A stretch of DNA of 39,457 bases from Sphingobacteriia bacterium (GTDB lineage Bacteria > Bacteroidota > Bacteroidia > Chitinophagales > Chitinophagaceae): contig JAYTXG010000121.1 of NCBI GenBank assembly GCA_043743375.1, forward strand, positions 1 through 39,457, written 5' to 3'. Made by a program: the position numbers and the translations under genes. How positions within the stretch are numbered: the first letter of the stretch is position 1; each line of letters starts with the position of its first letter. The notes under the pieces were generated by a model that made no database searches, was not told where the DNA came from, and worked only from the letters and a program-made list of their open reading frames with translations. Positions 16,932 through 25,997 of the stretch are shown in pieces.

Positions 16932-17864
16932 CTATTGAAGTAAATTTATAGCGTTTAGTTTATCTAAGTGTAACTGATTTTTTAGTTCCTCTAGTCCGCT
17001 AAATTTTGTTTCTCCTCTTAAATAGTAAAGCACTCTTATTTCTAAAGTTTGTGTGTATATATCTTCACTAAAATTAAAAATGTGTACTTCAATTACACGC
17101 TTTTTCCCATCAATGGTTGGTCTAATACCTATATTCATCATGCCTTTTAAAGGCAAGCTGTTTCCTCGAATTATTTCCACTGCATAAACTCCATTACTAG
17201 GAATTAATTTTTCTTCACTGGAAATATGTAAGTTAGCTGTATGATATCCAATGGTTCTTCCCATTTTATTCCCTTCTATAACAATGCCATCAAAAAAATA
17301 AGGATACCCCAAATATTGATTAGCAGTTTTAATATCTGCATTCAATAATGACTGTCTAATTTTAGTAGAACTGATTACAATATCATTGAGTACTTCCTCC
17401 GAAATTTCTTTTACTGCAAATCCAAGCTTTACCCCATATTGTTCTAGTAAATGGTAATCTCCAATTCTTCCTTTTCCAAAACGATGATCGTATCCAATAA
17501 TTACTGTTGATGGCTTAAAGTATTGAAATAAAAAATTGGTGATATAACTTTCAGCTGATTGGTTGGCAAAAACATGATCAAATGGAATAACTACTAGATG
17601 ATCAATCCCTGCCTTTTCTAATAATTTAATTTTTTCAGAAAGCGTAGAAAGTAATTTTACATCACCCGGTACTGAAGAAACAATTTTTCTGGGATGAGGA
17701 TGAAAGGTAATGATAACTGTTTCGCCATTACTTTTTTTAGCTTCTACTTTTAGTTGAGCAATAATTTGTTGATGGCCTTTATGTACACCATCAAAAGTAC
17801 CAATGGTAACAACTGCATTACGAAATTCGGGCAAAGAGCCTACCAGTTCACGATGTACCTTCAT
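16932..17864 (-). CDS. ribF: Bifunctional FAD synthetase / riboflavin kinase
   Basis: TIGTFDGVHKGH, TFHPHP, GYDHRFG, ISSTKIR, GRTIGYHTAN, NIGIRPT and EVH. ATG 17864 chosen because a -7 promoter element lies just upstream. Confidence 0.95.
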   Translation of the reverse strand: MKVHRELVGSLPEFRNAVVTIGTFDGVHKGHQQIIAQLKVEAKKSNGETVIITFHPHPRKIVSSVPGDVKLLSTLSEKIKLLEKAGIDHLVVIPFDHVFANQSAESYITNFLFQYFKPSTVIIGYDHRFGKGRIGDYHLLEQYGVKLGFAVKEISEEVLNDIVISSTKIRQSLLNADIKTANQYLGYPYFFDGIVIEGNKMGRTIGYHTANLHISSEEKLIPSNGVYAVEIIRGNSLPLKGMMNIGIRPTIDGKKRVIEVHIFNFSEDIYTQTLEIRVLYYLRGETKFSGLEELKNQLHLDKLNAINLLQ

Positions 17865-17872
17865 AATTGTGG

Positions 17873-17880
17873 CAAAAGTA
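17873..17880 (-). promoter_or_regulatory. Bacteroidota -7 promoter element for ribF (TACTTTTG)
   Basis: Matches TAnnTTTG, 8 nt upstream of the ribF ATG. Confidence 0.7.
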
Positions 17881-17885
17881 AGGAA

Positions 17886-17921
17886 TAGTTGATAGTCATT
17901 AGTCATTGGGGCATTGGGTTT
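17886..17921. repeat. Degenerate heptamer array TAGTTGA-TAGTCAT-TAGTCAT-TGGGGCAT-TGGGTTT
   Basis: About 7-bp periodicity read directly between the divergent ribF and purM promoters. Confidence 0.55.
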
Positions 17922-17933
17922 CTTACTATTCAT

Positions 17934-17941
17934 TATATTTG
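17934..17941 (+). promoter_or_regulatory. Bacteroidota -7 promoter element for purM (TATATTTG)
   Basis: TAnnTTTG match 24 nt upstream of the ATG. Confidence 0.65.
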
Positions 17942-17965
17942 CATTTAATATTGAATTATTTATAA

Positions 17966-19147
17966 ATGTCACTATACGCTAAGCGCGGAGTATCTGCCCA
18001 AAAAGAAGAAGTACATGCTGCAATTCAAAAGCTCGATCAAGGGTTGTATCCTCAAGCTTTCTGTAAAATTTATCCCGATTATTTATGTGGAGATGCCGAT
18101 TGGGTAAATATTATGCACGCAGATGGTGCAGGTACCAAAAGCATTTTAGCTTATTTGTATTGGAAAGAAACTGGCGATATTTCGATTTGGAAAGGAATTG
18201 CACAAGATGCAGTAGCTATGAATTTAGACGATTTATTGTGCATTGGTATAACTACAAATTTATTATTTTCTTCTACTATTGATAGAAATAAATCAGTAAT
18301 CAATGGAGCAGTTTTAGAAGCAGTGATTAATGGTACTCAATCTTTTTTTGATACATTAAAAGAGTACGGCGTACAAATTCATTATTTAGGTGGAGAAACT
18401 GCAGATGTAGGAGATATTGTAAGAACAATTGCTGTGAATGGCACTATGACGGCTAGATGGCCCAAAGCAAAATTAATAACCAATGAAAAAATTAAAATAG
18501 GCAATACAATTGTTGGTTTTGCAAGTGCTGGTAAAGCTATTTATGAAACTGAGTACAATAGCGGATTAGGGAGCAACGGATTAACAAGCGCTAGGCATGA
18601 TGTTTTGGCCAAAAACTATGCAACAGATTATTCTGAAACATTTGAACCAACATTAGATGATGAAGTAGTGTATATTGGTAAGAATAAAATGACTGATCAT
18701 ATTTTGATTGATGGAATTGTAATGAATGTAGGCAAACTATTGCTATCACCAACTAGAACCTATGCGCCTTTATTAAAAAAAATATTGGAAGAACAATTTG
18801 AATCGATAGATGGTATTATACATTGCAGTGGAGGCGGACAAACCAAGTGCTTAAAATACCTTCCTTCAGTGGTTACTATTGTTAAAGATAATTTGTTTAA
18901 ACCACCCCCTGTTTTTGAATTGATACGGCAAAATTCTGGAGCCGATTGGAGAGAAATGTACCAAGTGTTTAATATGGGGCATCGGTTAGAAATATTTACC
19001 GACGAAAAATCGGCAGCGCAAATGATTCAAACTGCTGCTGAGTTAGGCATTGATGCACAAATTATTGGCAGGGTAGAAGCGCCACAATCAGCAAAATCTA
19101 GCCTTATTCTGAGAGGTAGTTTTGGAGAAGTTGTATATGAATATTAA
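17966..19147 (+). CDS. purM: Phosphoribosylformylglycinamidine cyclo-ligase (AIR synthase, Bacteroidota type)
   Basis: MHADGAGTKS, AMNLDD, GGETADVG, GSNGLT, HCSGGG and EMYQVFNMG. Confidence 0.92.
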   Translation: MSLYAKRGVSAQKEEVHAAIQKLDQGLYPQAFCKIYPDYLCGDADWVNIMHADGAGTKSILAYLYWKETGDISIWKGIAQDAVAMNLDDLLCIGITTNLLFSSTIDRNKSVINGAVLEAVINGTQSFFDTLKEYGVQIHYLGGETADVGDIVRTIAVNGTMTARWPKAKLITNEKIKIGNTIVGFASAGKAIYETEYNSGLGSNGLTSARHDVLAKNYATDYSETFEPTLDDEVVYIGKNKMTDHILIDGIVMNVGKLLLSPTRTYAPLLKKILEEQFESIDGIIHCSGGGQTKCLKYLPSVVTIVKDNLFKPPPVFELIRQNSGADWREMYQVFNMGHRLEIFTDEKSAAQMIQTAAELGIDAQIIGRVEAPQSAKSSLILRGSFGEVVYEY

Positions 19148-19171
19148 CAAAGTAAAACTGTTTTCAAAGCG

Positions 19172-19179
19172 TATATTTG
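19172..19179 (+). promoter_or_regulatory. Bacteroidota -7 promoter element for ftsE (TATATTTG)
   Basis: TAnnTTTG match 26 nt upstream of the ATG. Confidence 0.6.
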
Positions 19180-19205
19180 ATACAATAACCATTTAAAATT
19201 TTAAC

Positions 19206-19904
19206 ATGCCTGAAACAGTAATTTCACTCAAAAACGTAAATATCTATCAAGGGAATAACCTTATTTTAAAAGACGTAAATTTTGAAATTAATAAAGGTGA
19301 ATTTGTTTACTTAGTCGGTAAAACTGGAACAGGTAAAAGCAGTCTCTTGAAAACTTTATATGGAGAGCTTACTTTAACAGAAGGAATTGCAAATGTAGTT
19401 GGTTTTGATTTGAGAGGAATGGATTGGAAAAAAGTGCCATTTCTTAGAAGAAATTTGGGTGTTGTATTTCAAGACTTTCAATTGCTAACAGATAGAGATG
19501 TTCATGAAAATTTAAAATTTGTTTTAAAAGCTACTGGTTGGAAAGATGAAATGCTGATTGAAGAAAAAATTAATGACGTATTAGATAAAGTAGGACTAAA
19601 AGGCAAAGGCTTCAAAATGCCTTATGAAATGAGTGGGGGTGAGCAACAAAGAGTGGATATTGCTAGAGCATTACTCAACTCACCTAAATTAATTTTAGCA
19701 GATGAACCTACTGGTAATTTAGACCCTGAAACCAGTGATGAAATTATGCAGTTGCTTATACAAATTGCAAAAGATTATGGAAGCACAGTAGTTATGGCAA
19801 CCCACGATTTTATTGTGATTAATAGATATCCAAATAGAATGTTAAAAACAGAAGGTAGTAGAGTGGTAGACAGCGCTAACCCCATATCCAACCAATTTGT
19901 TTAA
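19206..19904 (+). CDS. ftsE: FtsE-like ABC ATPase
   Basis: [45 protein letters not shown] and ATHD. Confidence 0.82.
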   Translation: MPETVISLKNVNIYQGNNLILKDVNFEINKGEFVYLVGKTGTGKSSLLKTLYGELTLTEGIANVVGFDLRGMDWKKVPFLRRNLGVVFQDFQLLTDRDVHENLKFVLKATGWKDEMLIEEKINDVLDKVGLKGKGFKMPYEMSGGEQQRVDIARALLNSPKLILADEPTGNLDPETSDEIMQLLIQIAKDYGSTVVMATHDFIVINRYPNRMLKTEGSRVVDSANPISNQFV

Positions 19905-21000
19905 TAGCGTTATGCTCATTATTAAACCTAGGTTCCAGTAATTTTTTTCGAAGATTAATCTCTGCTAGCGTAAATGGCTGATGAAATAGTTGATTCACTA
20001 TTTCTTTGAATGCATTTGCTGTTGAAGCAATATGACAAGCTTCAGAAAGCCCAGTATTTGCAACTGTTGCCTCATTAACAACACAATGCCGACCATGGTA
20101 CAATGTGTTTAATAATTTTACTTTAGTACCAGTATGAATAAAAGAAGGTATTAAATGAACATGCGCTTTTGAAATCATCTCCTGCAATTCATTTTCTGAT
20201 GGATTGGCTACTAAGCAAGAATAATTATTTGCATGGGTAAGCTCTAATAATTTTTTAGATGGATTTTTACCTGCTATTACAAAAGGAATTTCTAATTCGG
20301 GGAATACTTTTTCTAATAACCAAGTAACTGCTTTTTCATTAGCTACTACACTTAAATCACCATGATAAAAACAATATGACCCCATGCCTTCTAAACACTT
20401 TACTTCCCAGTTGGGTAAATAAAGGGTGAGCTCTTCAATATTTTTACAACCAAACTCTTGCCTATACACATCATTATCGGCCTTTTTTGTTGCCCAAAAT
20501 GTTGCCTTGGTTGCAATGCTTTTTTCATAGGTTTTTAGTAATCTCGATTCGTTCCAGTAATAAGCTCTTTTAAATAAATTAGAACAGCTTTGCGATAGTT
20601 CTTTGTAATATTGATATTCTACATTATGAAGACGTACAAAACATTTACGTTCATTAAATCTATCGTCATTGAGCAAATATGTACAATGCACCCCTTCCAT
20701 AAAAATGGGGTATTCATCTTTCAATAAATTAGTAAAAAGCTGCTCGTTCATTCTACTGGCAACTATGTAGGGTAGAGTATTAGAAAATCCTTTATGTCCC
20801 TCTTTGCGTTGATAATAGTTTACCGACTCGCAATATTGGTTTAGAATAGGTTGCTGGCCTCTGCCATAATCAAAACAATGAAAATGTATTTTAATACCTT
20901 GGGCCTTAAATGCGGGTAATTTATAAAACACATCACAAGCACCTCCATAATTTACGGGGTAGGGTACATCAAAAGCAATAATATGTAAATGTTTATCCAA
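19876..21000 (-). CDS. GT-B / GT4-like glycosyltransferase (TTG start)
   Basis: FDVPYPVNYGG N-terminus, LHNVEYQYY, FYHGDL and TGTKVKLLN. Confidence 0.8.
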   Translation of the reverse strand: MDKHLHIIAFDVPYPVNYGGACDVFYKLPAFKAQGIKIHFHCFDYGRGQQPILNQYCESVNYYQRKEGHKGFSNTLPYIVASRMNEQLFTNLLKDEYPIFMEGVHCTYLLNDDRFNERKCFVRLHNVEYQYYKELSQSCSNLFKRAYYWNESRLLKTYEKSIATKATFWATKKADNDVYRQEFGCKNIEELTLYLPNWEVKCLEGMGSYCFYHGDLSVVANEKAVTWLLEKVFPELEIPFVIAGKNPSKKLLELTHANNYSCLVANPSENELQEMISKAHVHLIPSFIHTGTKVKLLNTLYHGRHCVVNEATVANTGLSEACHIASTANAFKEIVNQLFHQPFTLAEINLRKKLLEPRFNNEHNAIKQIGWIWG

Positions 21001-21003
21001 TAT

Positions 21004-22101
21004 TTAGAGGGTTCTATAAAATTCAAGTAATTGATGCGATTCGTTTTCCCAGTTAAGTAAATCACGTGCTTTAATGCAATTAAGTCTAAGCTGATTATAA
21101 ATAACATCATCTTCCAGCAATTTGTTCAAAGCGTTACCAATTGTAACTGAATTTGTGTCTTCAATTAAATAAGCAAAGCCGTGTTGTTGGTCGATTTCTT
21201 GGTATAAAGGATAGTTAACACAAATTTGTGGGATTCCTGCCATCATATAATCAAAGAAACGATTTGCTAAGGAGTAATATTGATTAATTCCGTTTTGTTC
21301 AAAAAGTGTAATACCAATATGAGCTTCTTGGGTAAATTGCCTTAACTCATGTGGGGGCAATGAGCCCTTCAAAATGATCTTGTGTTCTAATTTAAAATGC
21401 CGAATAAGTTCTTTTACTTGGGTATAAAAATTACCAGTTCCAACAATGATTAATGACGCATTCACCCATTTCATTGCCGGAATGAGCTCTTCAAAACAGC
21501 GACCTTCATTTACAGCCCCCTGATATAATATAAATTTACTAGCGTGCTCATTATCATTATTTTCTATAGTGTACTTACAAGGAATATTCCGAACAATTCG
21601 ATACGAAACACCATAATTTTCATGAAATAATTGCGCCAGTTTGCTATTTACAGTATAGCCCTTAGGGAATTTTGGAACGGCAAAAGCTTCAATTAACTTC
21701 CAAATTCGTTGGATATTTGGCCTATCTCTTATTTCTTTTTGTTCTGTAAAGTACTCGTGTGCATCATAAACTCTTTGCTTATTTCTCAGTTTAGAAACGA
21801 ATAGGCAGGGCAAAATGGTATCTAAATCTATTGCGCAGAAAATATCGGTTTTTGCAAATAGCAGGTAAACCAATAGCCTCAAATTGTATTCGAGGTAAAA
21901 TAGTGGTCCACTTTGAGCAAAGCAGGTAAGTCTGTATTGAGTGAATTTTCTGTTTTGCAATTCAATTGAGCTAGCTTTTTTAACCCCCACTAACGTTACT
22001 TCATATCCATTATCGGCCAAGGAGCCAGCAATTCGGTGCATGCGCTGATCATAACTAAGATCGTTGGTAACAGTGAATATGATTTTGGACAAGATGATCA
22101 A
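21004..22101 (-). CDS. GT4 family glycosyltransferase (start may be the TTG at 22092)
   Basis: VTNDLSYDQRM, VYDAHEYF, LYQGAVNEGR and SLANRFFDYMMAGIP. TACATTTG (-7 element) overlaps the first TTG. Confidence 0.88.
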   Translation of the reverse strand: MIILSKIIFTVTNDLSYDQRMHRIAGSLADNGYEVTLVGVKKASSIELQNRKFTQYRLTCFAQSGPLFYLEYNLRLLVYLLFAKTDIFCAIDLDTILPCLFVSKLRNKQRVYDAHEYFTEQKEIRDRPNIQRIWKLIEAFAVPKFPKGYTVNSKLAQLFHENYGVSYRIVRNIPCKYTIENNDNEHASKFILYQGAVNEGRCFEELIPAMKWVNASLIIVGTGNFYTQVKELIRHFKLEHKIILKGSLPPHELRQFTQEAHIGITLFEQNGINQYYSLANRFFDYMMAGIPQICVNYPLYQEIDQQHGFAYLIEDTNSVTIGNALNKLLEDDVIYNQLRLNCIKARDLLNWENESHQLLEFYRTL

Positions 22102-22222
22102 ATGTAATTAATGAATTTACAATGCGTTAACTAGTAATAAAAAAAGAATTTTAATTCCCTTTTCTAATACCTTGTATTTCACAAAGAGTACGACCGAAAA
22201 CAACTTAATTGAAATATTCAAT

Positions 22223-22265
22223 AGTACATTATAATATATTAAAAATCAACATGTTATAATGTATT
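22223..22265. repeat. Inverted repeat with 15-bp arms and a 13-bp spacer
   Basis: AGTACATTATAATAT ... ATGTTATAATGTATT: 13/15 Watson-Crick pairs, the other two G-T. Confidence 0.6.
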
Positions 22266-22394
22266 AACTTTTAATAATAATTAAGTATTTTAACTTGTAT
22301 GCCATACTTCTGCACCTCTTATGCACAGTAATATTTTCTTTCTTTAAATTATACTGCAATTGGCTTATGTTCGTGGGTATAAAATGGTATAAAC

Positions 22395-25300
22395 GTGAGA
22401 TTAAAGTCTTTAGAAATTAAAGGATTCAAAAGCTTCGCTGATAAAACAGTAGTAAGTTTTGATGAAGGAATAACTGGTATTATCGGACCAAATGGTTGTG
22501 GAAAAAGCAATATCATTGATAGTATTCGTTGGGTTATTGGAGAGCAAAAAATCTCTGCTTTAAGAAGCGAAAATCTAGATGCATTGGTTTTTAACGGTAG
22601 TAAAACCAGAAGTGCCAGCGGATTGGCTGAAGTAAGTTTAACATTTGAAAACACTAAAAATTTATTACCTACCGAATTTAATACCGTAACTGTTACCCGC
22701 CGTTTTTATAAAAATGGGGAAAGCGAATATCGCTTGAACGATGTTTCATGCCGTTTAAAAGACATTCATAATTTGTTTTTAGATACTGGTGTAAGTACCG
22801 ATAGCTATGCGATTATTGAATTAGGTATGGTAGACGATATTATAAAAGACAAAGAAAATAGCCGTAGAAGAATGTTGGAGCAGGCTGCCGGTATTACCAT
22901 CTACAAAACAAGAAAAAAAGAAGTCAAGAATAAGCTAGATGCAACAGAGCAGGATTTAGCTCGTATAGAAGATTTATTGTTCGAAATTAATAACCAATTA
23001 AAAACAGTAGAAAGTCAGGCTAAAAAGGCAGAGAAGTTTTTAGAAATTAAAAAAGAGTACAAAGAGGTAGCAGTAGAATTGGCAAAAGCATCTTTAGAAG
23101 GATTTAATATTACTTATAAAGAGTTTGCCGAACAACAAGAAACAGAATCGGATAAAAAGATTCAGTTAGAAGCACAAATTGCTACTGATGAAGCCGCCAT
23201 TGAAGAAGAAAAACTTCTATTTATTGCTCAGGAACGCGCTTTACAGAGCATGCAACATGGCTTTAACGAATTGCAACAAAATCTGCGTAGCAAAGAAAAC
23301 GAGAAAAACCTAGCTAGCCAGAAACTACAATATTTACAAGAGAAAGAAACCAATCTTAAAGAATTTCTAGAAAAAGCAGCAGGTCAGTTAAAGACCATTG
23401 GAGATTCTATCGAATATTCTCAATTACAGGTAGGAGATGAAGAAGCCAATTTAGCTTGTATCCAAGATCAGGTTGAGGCAGCAAAATTAGAAGTAGAAGA
23501 TAAGCGCCGAGCTTTTGATGAAAAACGTGCTGGTGTAGATGCTGTTCGTAGTCAATACCAACAACTACAACGCAGTCAGTTTGATGCCGAGAAGAAAGTA
23601 GCGGTAGCAGATACATCCATTCAAAACCTTCAGCGTGCACAATTACAGCTAAATGAAGAAAAGGAAAACCGTAATCACCAATTACAGCAACTACAAATTG
23701 AAAGTAATGATAAAGAAGCTGAGTTAGATTCTAAAAGAATCGATTTAGGTCAGTTGCAAGATCAGCATGAAAAAACCAAAGAGCAGATTTTTGAAACTCA
23801 AGCTCAATTAGAAGTTTTGCGTGGCGAGTTGGCAGAAGAAAATAGAAAGTTAGATGCTAAACGCAACGAGTACAATCTACTAAAGAGTTTGATCGATTCG
23901 ATGGAAGGCTATCCGGAGAGCATTAAGTTCTTACATAAGAACAATGATTGGAACCATGCTGCACCTATTCTTTCTGATATCATTTACGTAAAAGAAGAAT
24001 TCCGTACTGCAGTAGAAAATGTATTGGAGCCATACCTTAACTATTATGTGGTAAATAATTTAAATGAAGGTTTACAAGCCATTCATTTATTAGATACCTA
24101 TCAAAAAGGCAAAGCAAATTTTTTCTTGCTCGATAAATTTGCCGATTTCAGGGTAGATTCTCATCAACTTAATAATACCATCAAAGCGATGGATGTTATT
24201 GAAGTAGACGAACAATACCGGAAGCTAGCAGAATACCTTTTGGGTAATGTGTATATAGCCGAAAATGAAGATGCTTTAACCAATAGCAACGGCGCAGTTG
24301 TTCTCGAAAAATCGGGTAAATATGTAAAGGGTAAGTACACGCTTACTGGTGGAAGTATCGGATTGTTTGAAGGTAAGAAAATTGGCCGCGCTAAAAACTT
24401 AGAAAAACTCCACGAAGAAATTATAGATCAAGAGGGTATCGTAAATTTATTAAAGTCCGATATTCAATTCAAACACAATGAAGTAATTGCTTTTAGCGAT
24501 CAGTTAAAAGAGCGTGCCATTAAGCAAACGGAGCAGGAAATTAATCAATTAACCAATCAGGTATTTGCTGCAAAAAATAGAATCGAAAATTTATTTGCTG
24601 CACAGCATGATGGCGAATTACGATTAGCAGATATTGATGGTCGTTTACAAGATGAGCAAGATTCAATTGCGGAAACACGCGAACAATTGATTGTGTTAAA
24701 TAATCAGTTATTGGCCATTAACGAAGAAATGAAGAATGTTGAATTAGATTACCAATCTTCTGAACAGGCTTATCATTTTGCATCCGGACAGTTTAATGAA
24801 AATAACTTACAACTTACTCGTCAGCAAAGTAAGCTTACCACTTTAAAGCAGGAGTTGCTATTTAAAGAAAACCAGTTGAACGATTTGCACGAGCAGATTA
24901 AATCGAACACAACTCAATTGGCAGAGGCAGAAGCTGATATAGTAGAAGGCAGTTCAGCTTTAAAAGGAGTAGAAACTTTATTGATCGATTTGTTCCGCAA
25001 TAAAGAAGAAGAAGAATTGAAGTTGAATGAAGCAGACCAAGCTTATTATAATTTCCGTAACGCGTTGCAAGAAAAAGAGAGTGCACTTCGCATGAAAGTG
25101 AAGAGCAAAGAAATGATTGATCATTTAGTGAATGAAATTAAAGACAAGCTGAATGAGCTGAAATTGCAGTTAGCAGGAATGAAGGAGCGTTTGAATGTGG
25201 AATTTAAAATTGAATTAGATGAAATTTTAGATCAAGCAAGAACAACAGAAATACCATTAGAAGAATTGCAAGCAACGTCGGATAAAATGCGAAAGCGTTT

Positions 25301-25913
25301 AGAAAACATGGGGGAAGTAAATCCTACTGCAATAGAGGCTTACACCGAAATGAAAAAGCGGTACGAGTTTATTTTAGAACAAAAGAATGACCTTGTTACT
25401 GCAAAAGAAAGTCTGTTGAAAACCATATTGGAAGTGGAAGCTACTGCCAATCAGCAGTTCCTTGAAACTTTTAATAAAGTAAGAGAGAATTTCCAAAAAG
25501 TATTTAAGGCGCTCTTTACCGAAGACGATACTGCCGATATGATTTTGGTAAATCCAGAGAATATTGCAGAAACAGCAATTGAAATTGTGGCTAAGCCGAA
25601 AGGAAAGCGTCCATCTTCTATTACCCAATTAAGTGGAGGAGAAAAAACCTTAACCGCAACTGCTTTATTATTTGCTATTTACTTAATTAAACCTGCACCA
25701 TTCTGTATTTTAGATGAGGTAGATGCGCCGTTAGATGATGCCAACATAGGTAAGTTCACGCAAATGATTAAGAAGTTCAGTGATAACTCACAGTTCATTA
25801 TTGTGACCCATAATAAGCAGACTATGGGAGCGGTAGATGTAATTTATGGAGTTACCATGCAAGAACCTGGGGTAAGTAAACTGGTACCTGTAGATTTTAG
25901 AAGTTTAAATTAA
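22395..25913 (+). CDS. smc: Chromosome segregation ATPase SMC
   Basis: GFKSF, Walker A GPNGCGKSN, long coiled coils with a central hinge, LSGGE, ILDEVDAPLD and IVTHN. GTG start. Confidence 0.98.
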   Translation: MRLKSLEIKGFKSFADKTVVSFDEGITGIIGPNGCGKSNIIDSIRWVIGEQKISALRSENLDALVFNGSKTRSASGLAEVSLTFENTKNLLPTEFNTVTVTRRFYKNGESEYRLNDVSCRLKDIHNLFLDTGVSTDSYAIIELGMVDDIIKDKENSRRRMLEQAAGITIYKTRKKEVKNKLDATEQDLARIEDLLFEINNQLKTVESQAKKAEKFLEIKKEYKEVAVELAKASLEGFNITYKEFAEQQETESDKKIQLEAQIATDEAAIEEEKLLFIAQERALQSMQHGFNELQQNLRSKENEKNLASQKLQYLQEKETNLKEFLEKAAGQLKTIGDSIEYSQLQVGDEEANLACIQDQVEAAKLEVEDKRRAFDEKRAGVDAVRSQYQQLQRSQFDAEKKVAVADTSIQNLQRAQLQLNEEKENRNHQLQQLQIESNDKEAELDSKRIDLGQLQDQHEKTKEQIFETQAQLEVLRGELAEENRKLDAKRNEYNLLKSLIDSMEGYPESIKFLHKNNDWNHAAPILSDIIYVKEEFRTAVENVLEPYLNYYVVNNLNEGLQAIHLLDTYQKGKANFFLLDKFADFRVDSHQLNNTIKAMDVIEVDEQYRKLAEYLLGNVYIAENEDALTNSNGAVVLEKSGKYVKGKYTLTGGSIGLFEGKKIGRAKNLEKLHEEIIDQEGIVNLLKSDIQFKHNEVIAFSDQLKERAIKQTEQEINQLTNQVFAAKNRIENLFAAQHDGELRLADIDGRLQDEQDSIAETREQLIVLNNQLLAINEEMKNVELDYQSSEQAYHFASGQFNENNLQLTRQQSKLTTLKQELLFKENQLNDLHEQIKSNTTQLAEAEADIVEGSSALKGVETLLIDLFRNKEEEELKLNEADQAYYNFRNALQEKESALRMKVKSKEMIDHLVNEIKDKLNELKLQLAGMKERLNVEFKIELDEILDQARTTEIPLEELQATSDKMRKRLENMGEVNPTAIEAYTEMKKRYEFILEQKNDLVTAKESLLKTILEVEATANQQFLETFNKVRENFQKVFKALFTEDDTADMILVNPENIAETAIEIVAKPKGKRPSSITQLSGGEKTLTATALLFAIYLIKPAPFCILDEVDAPLDDANIGKFTQMIKKFSDNSQFIIVTHNKQTMGAVDVIYGVTMQEPGVSKLVPVDFRSLN

Positions 25914-25957
25914 CACCATCATTTGGCTTATTAATCCGTACAATATCAATTACCTTC

Positions 25958-25988
25958 GCGCCTCAAATTATTATTTGGGGCGCTTTTT
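25958..25988 (+). terminator. Intrinsic terminator after smc
   Basis: GCGCCTCAAAT-TATT-ATTTGGGGCGC stem-loop followed by TTTTT. Confidence 0.75.
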
Positions 25989-25997
25989 ATACAACAC

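Noticed and set aside
17865-17972. 36-aa N-terminal extension of RibF
   Set aside because: It runs through both promoter elements and the heptamer array and overlaps the purM start. The real start is likely 17864.
22102-22394. Possible replication origin (AT-rich gap with DnaA-box match TTATGCACA at 22319-22327)
   Set aside because: Only one consensus box is visible, there is no box cluster, and GC skew cannot be assessed here. A whole-genome skew or Ori-Finder analysis would be needed.
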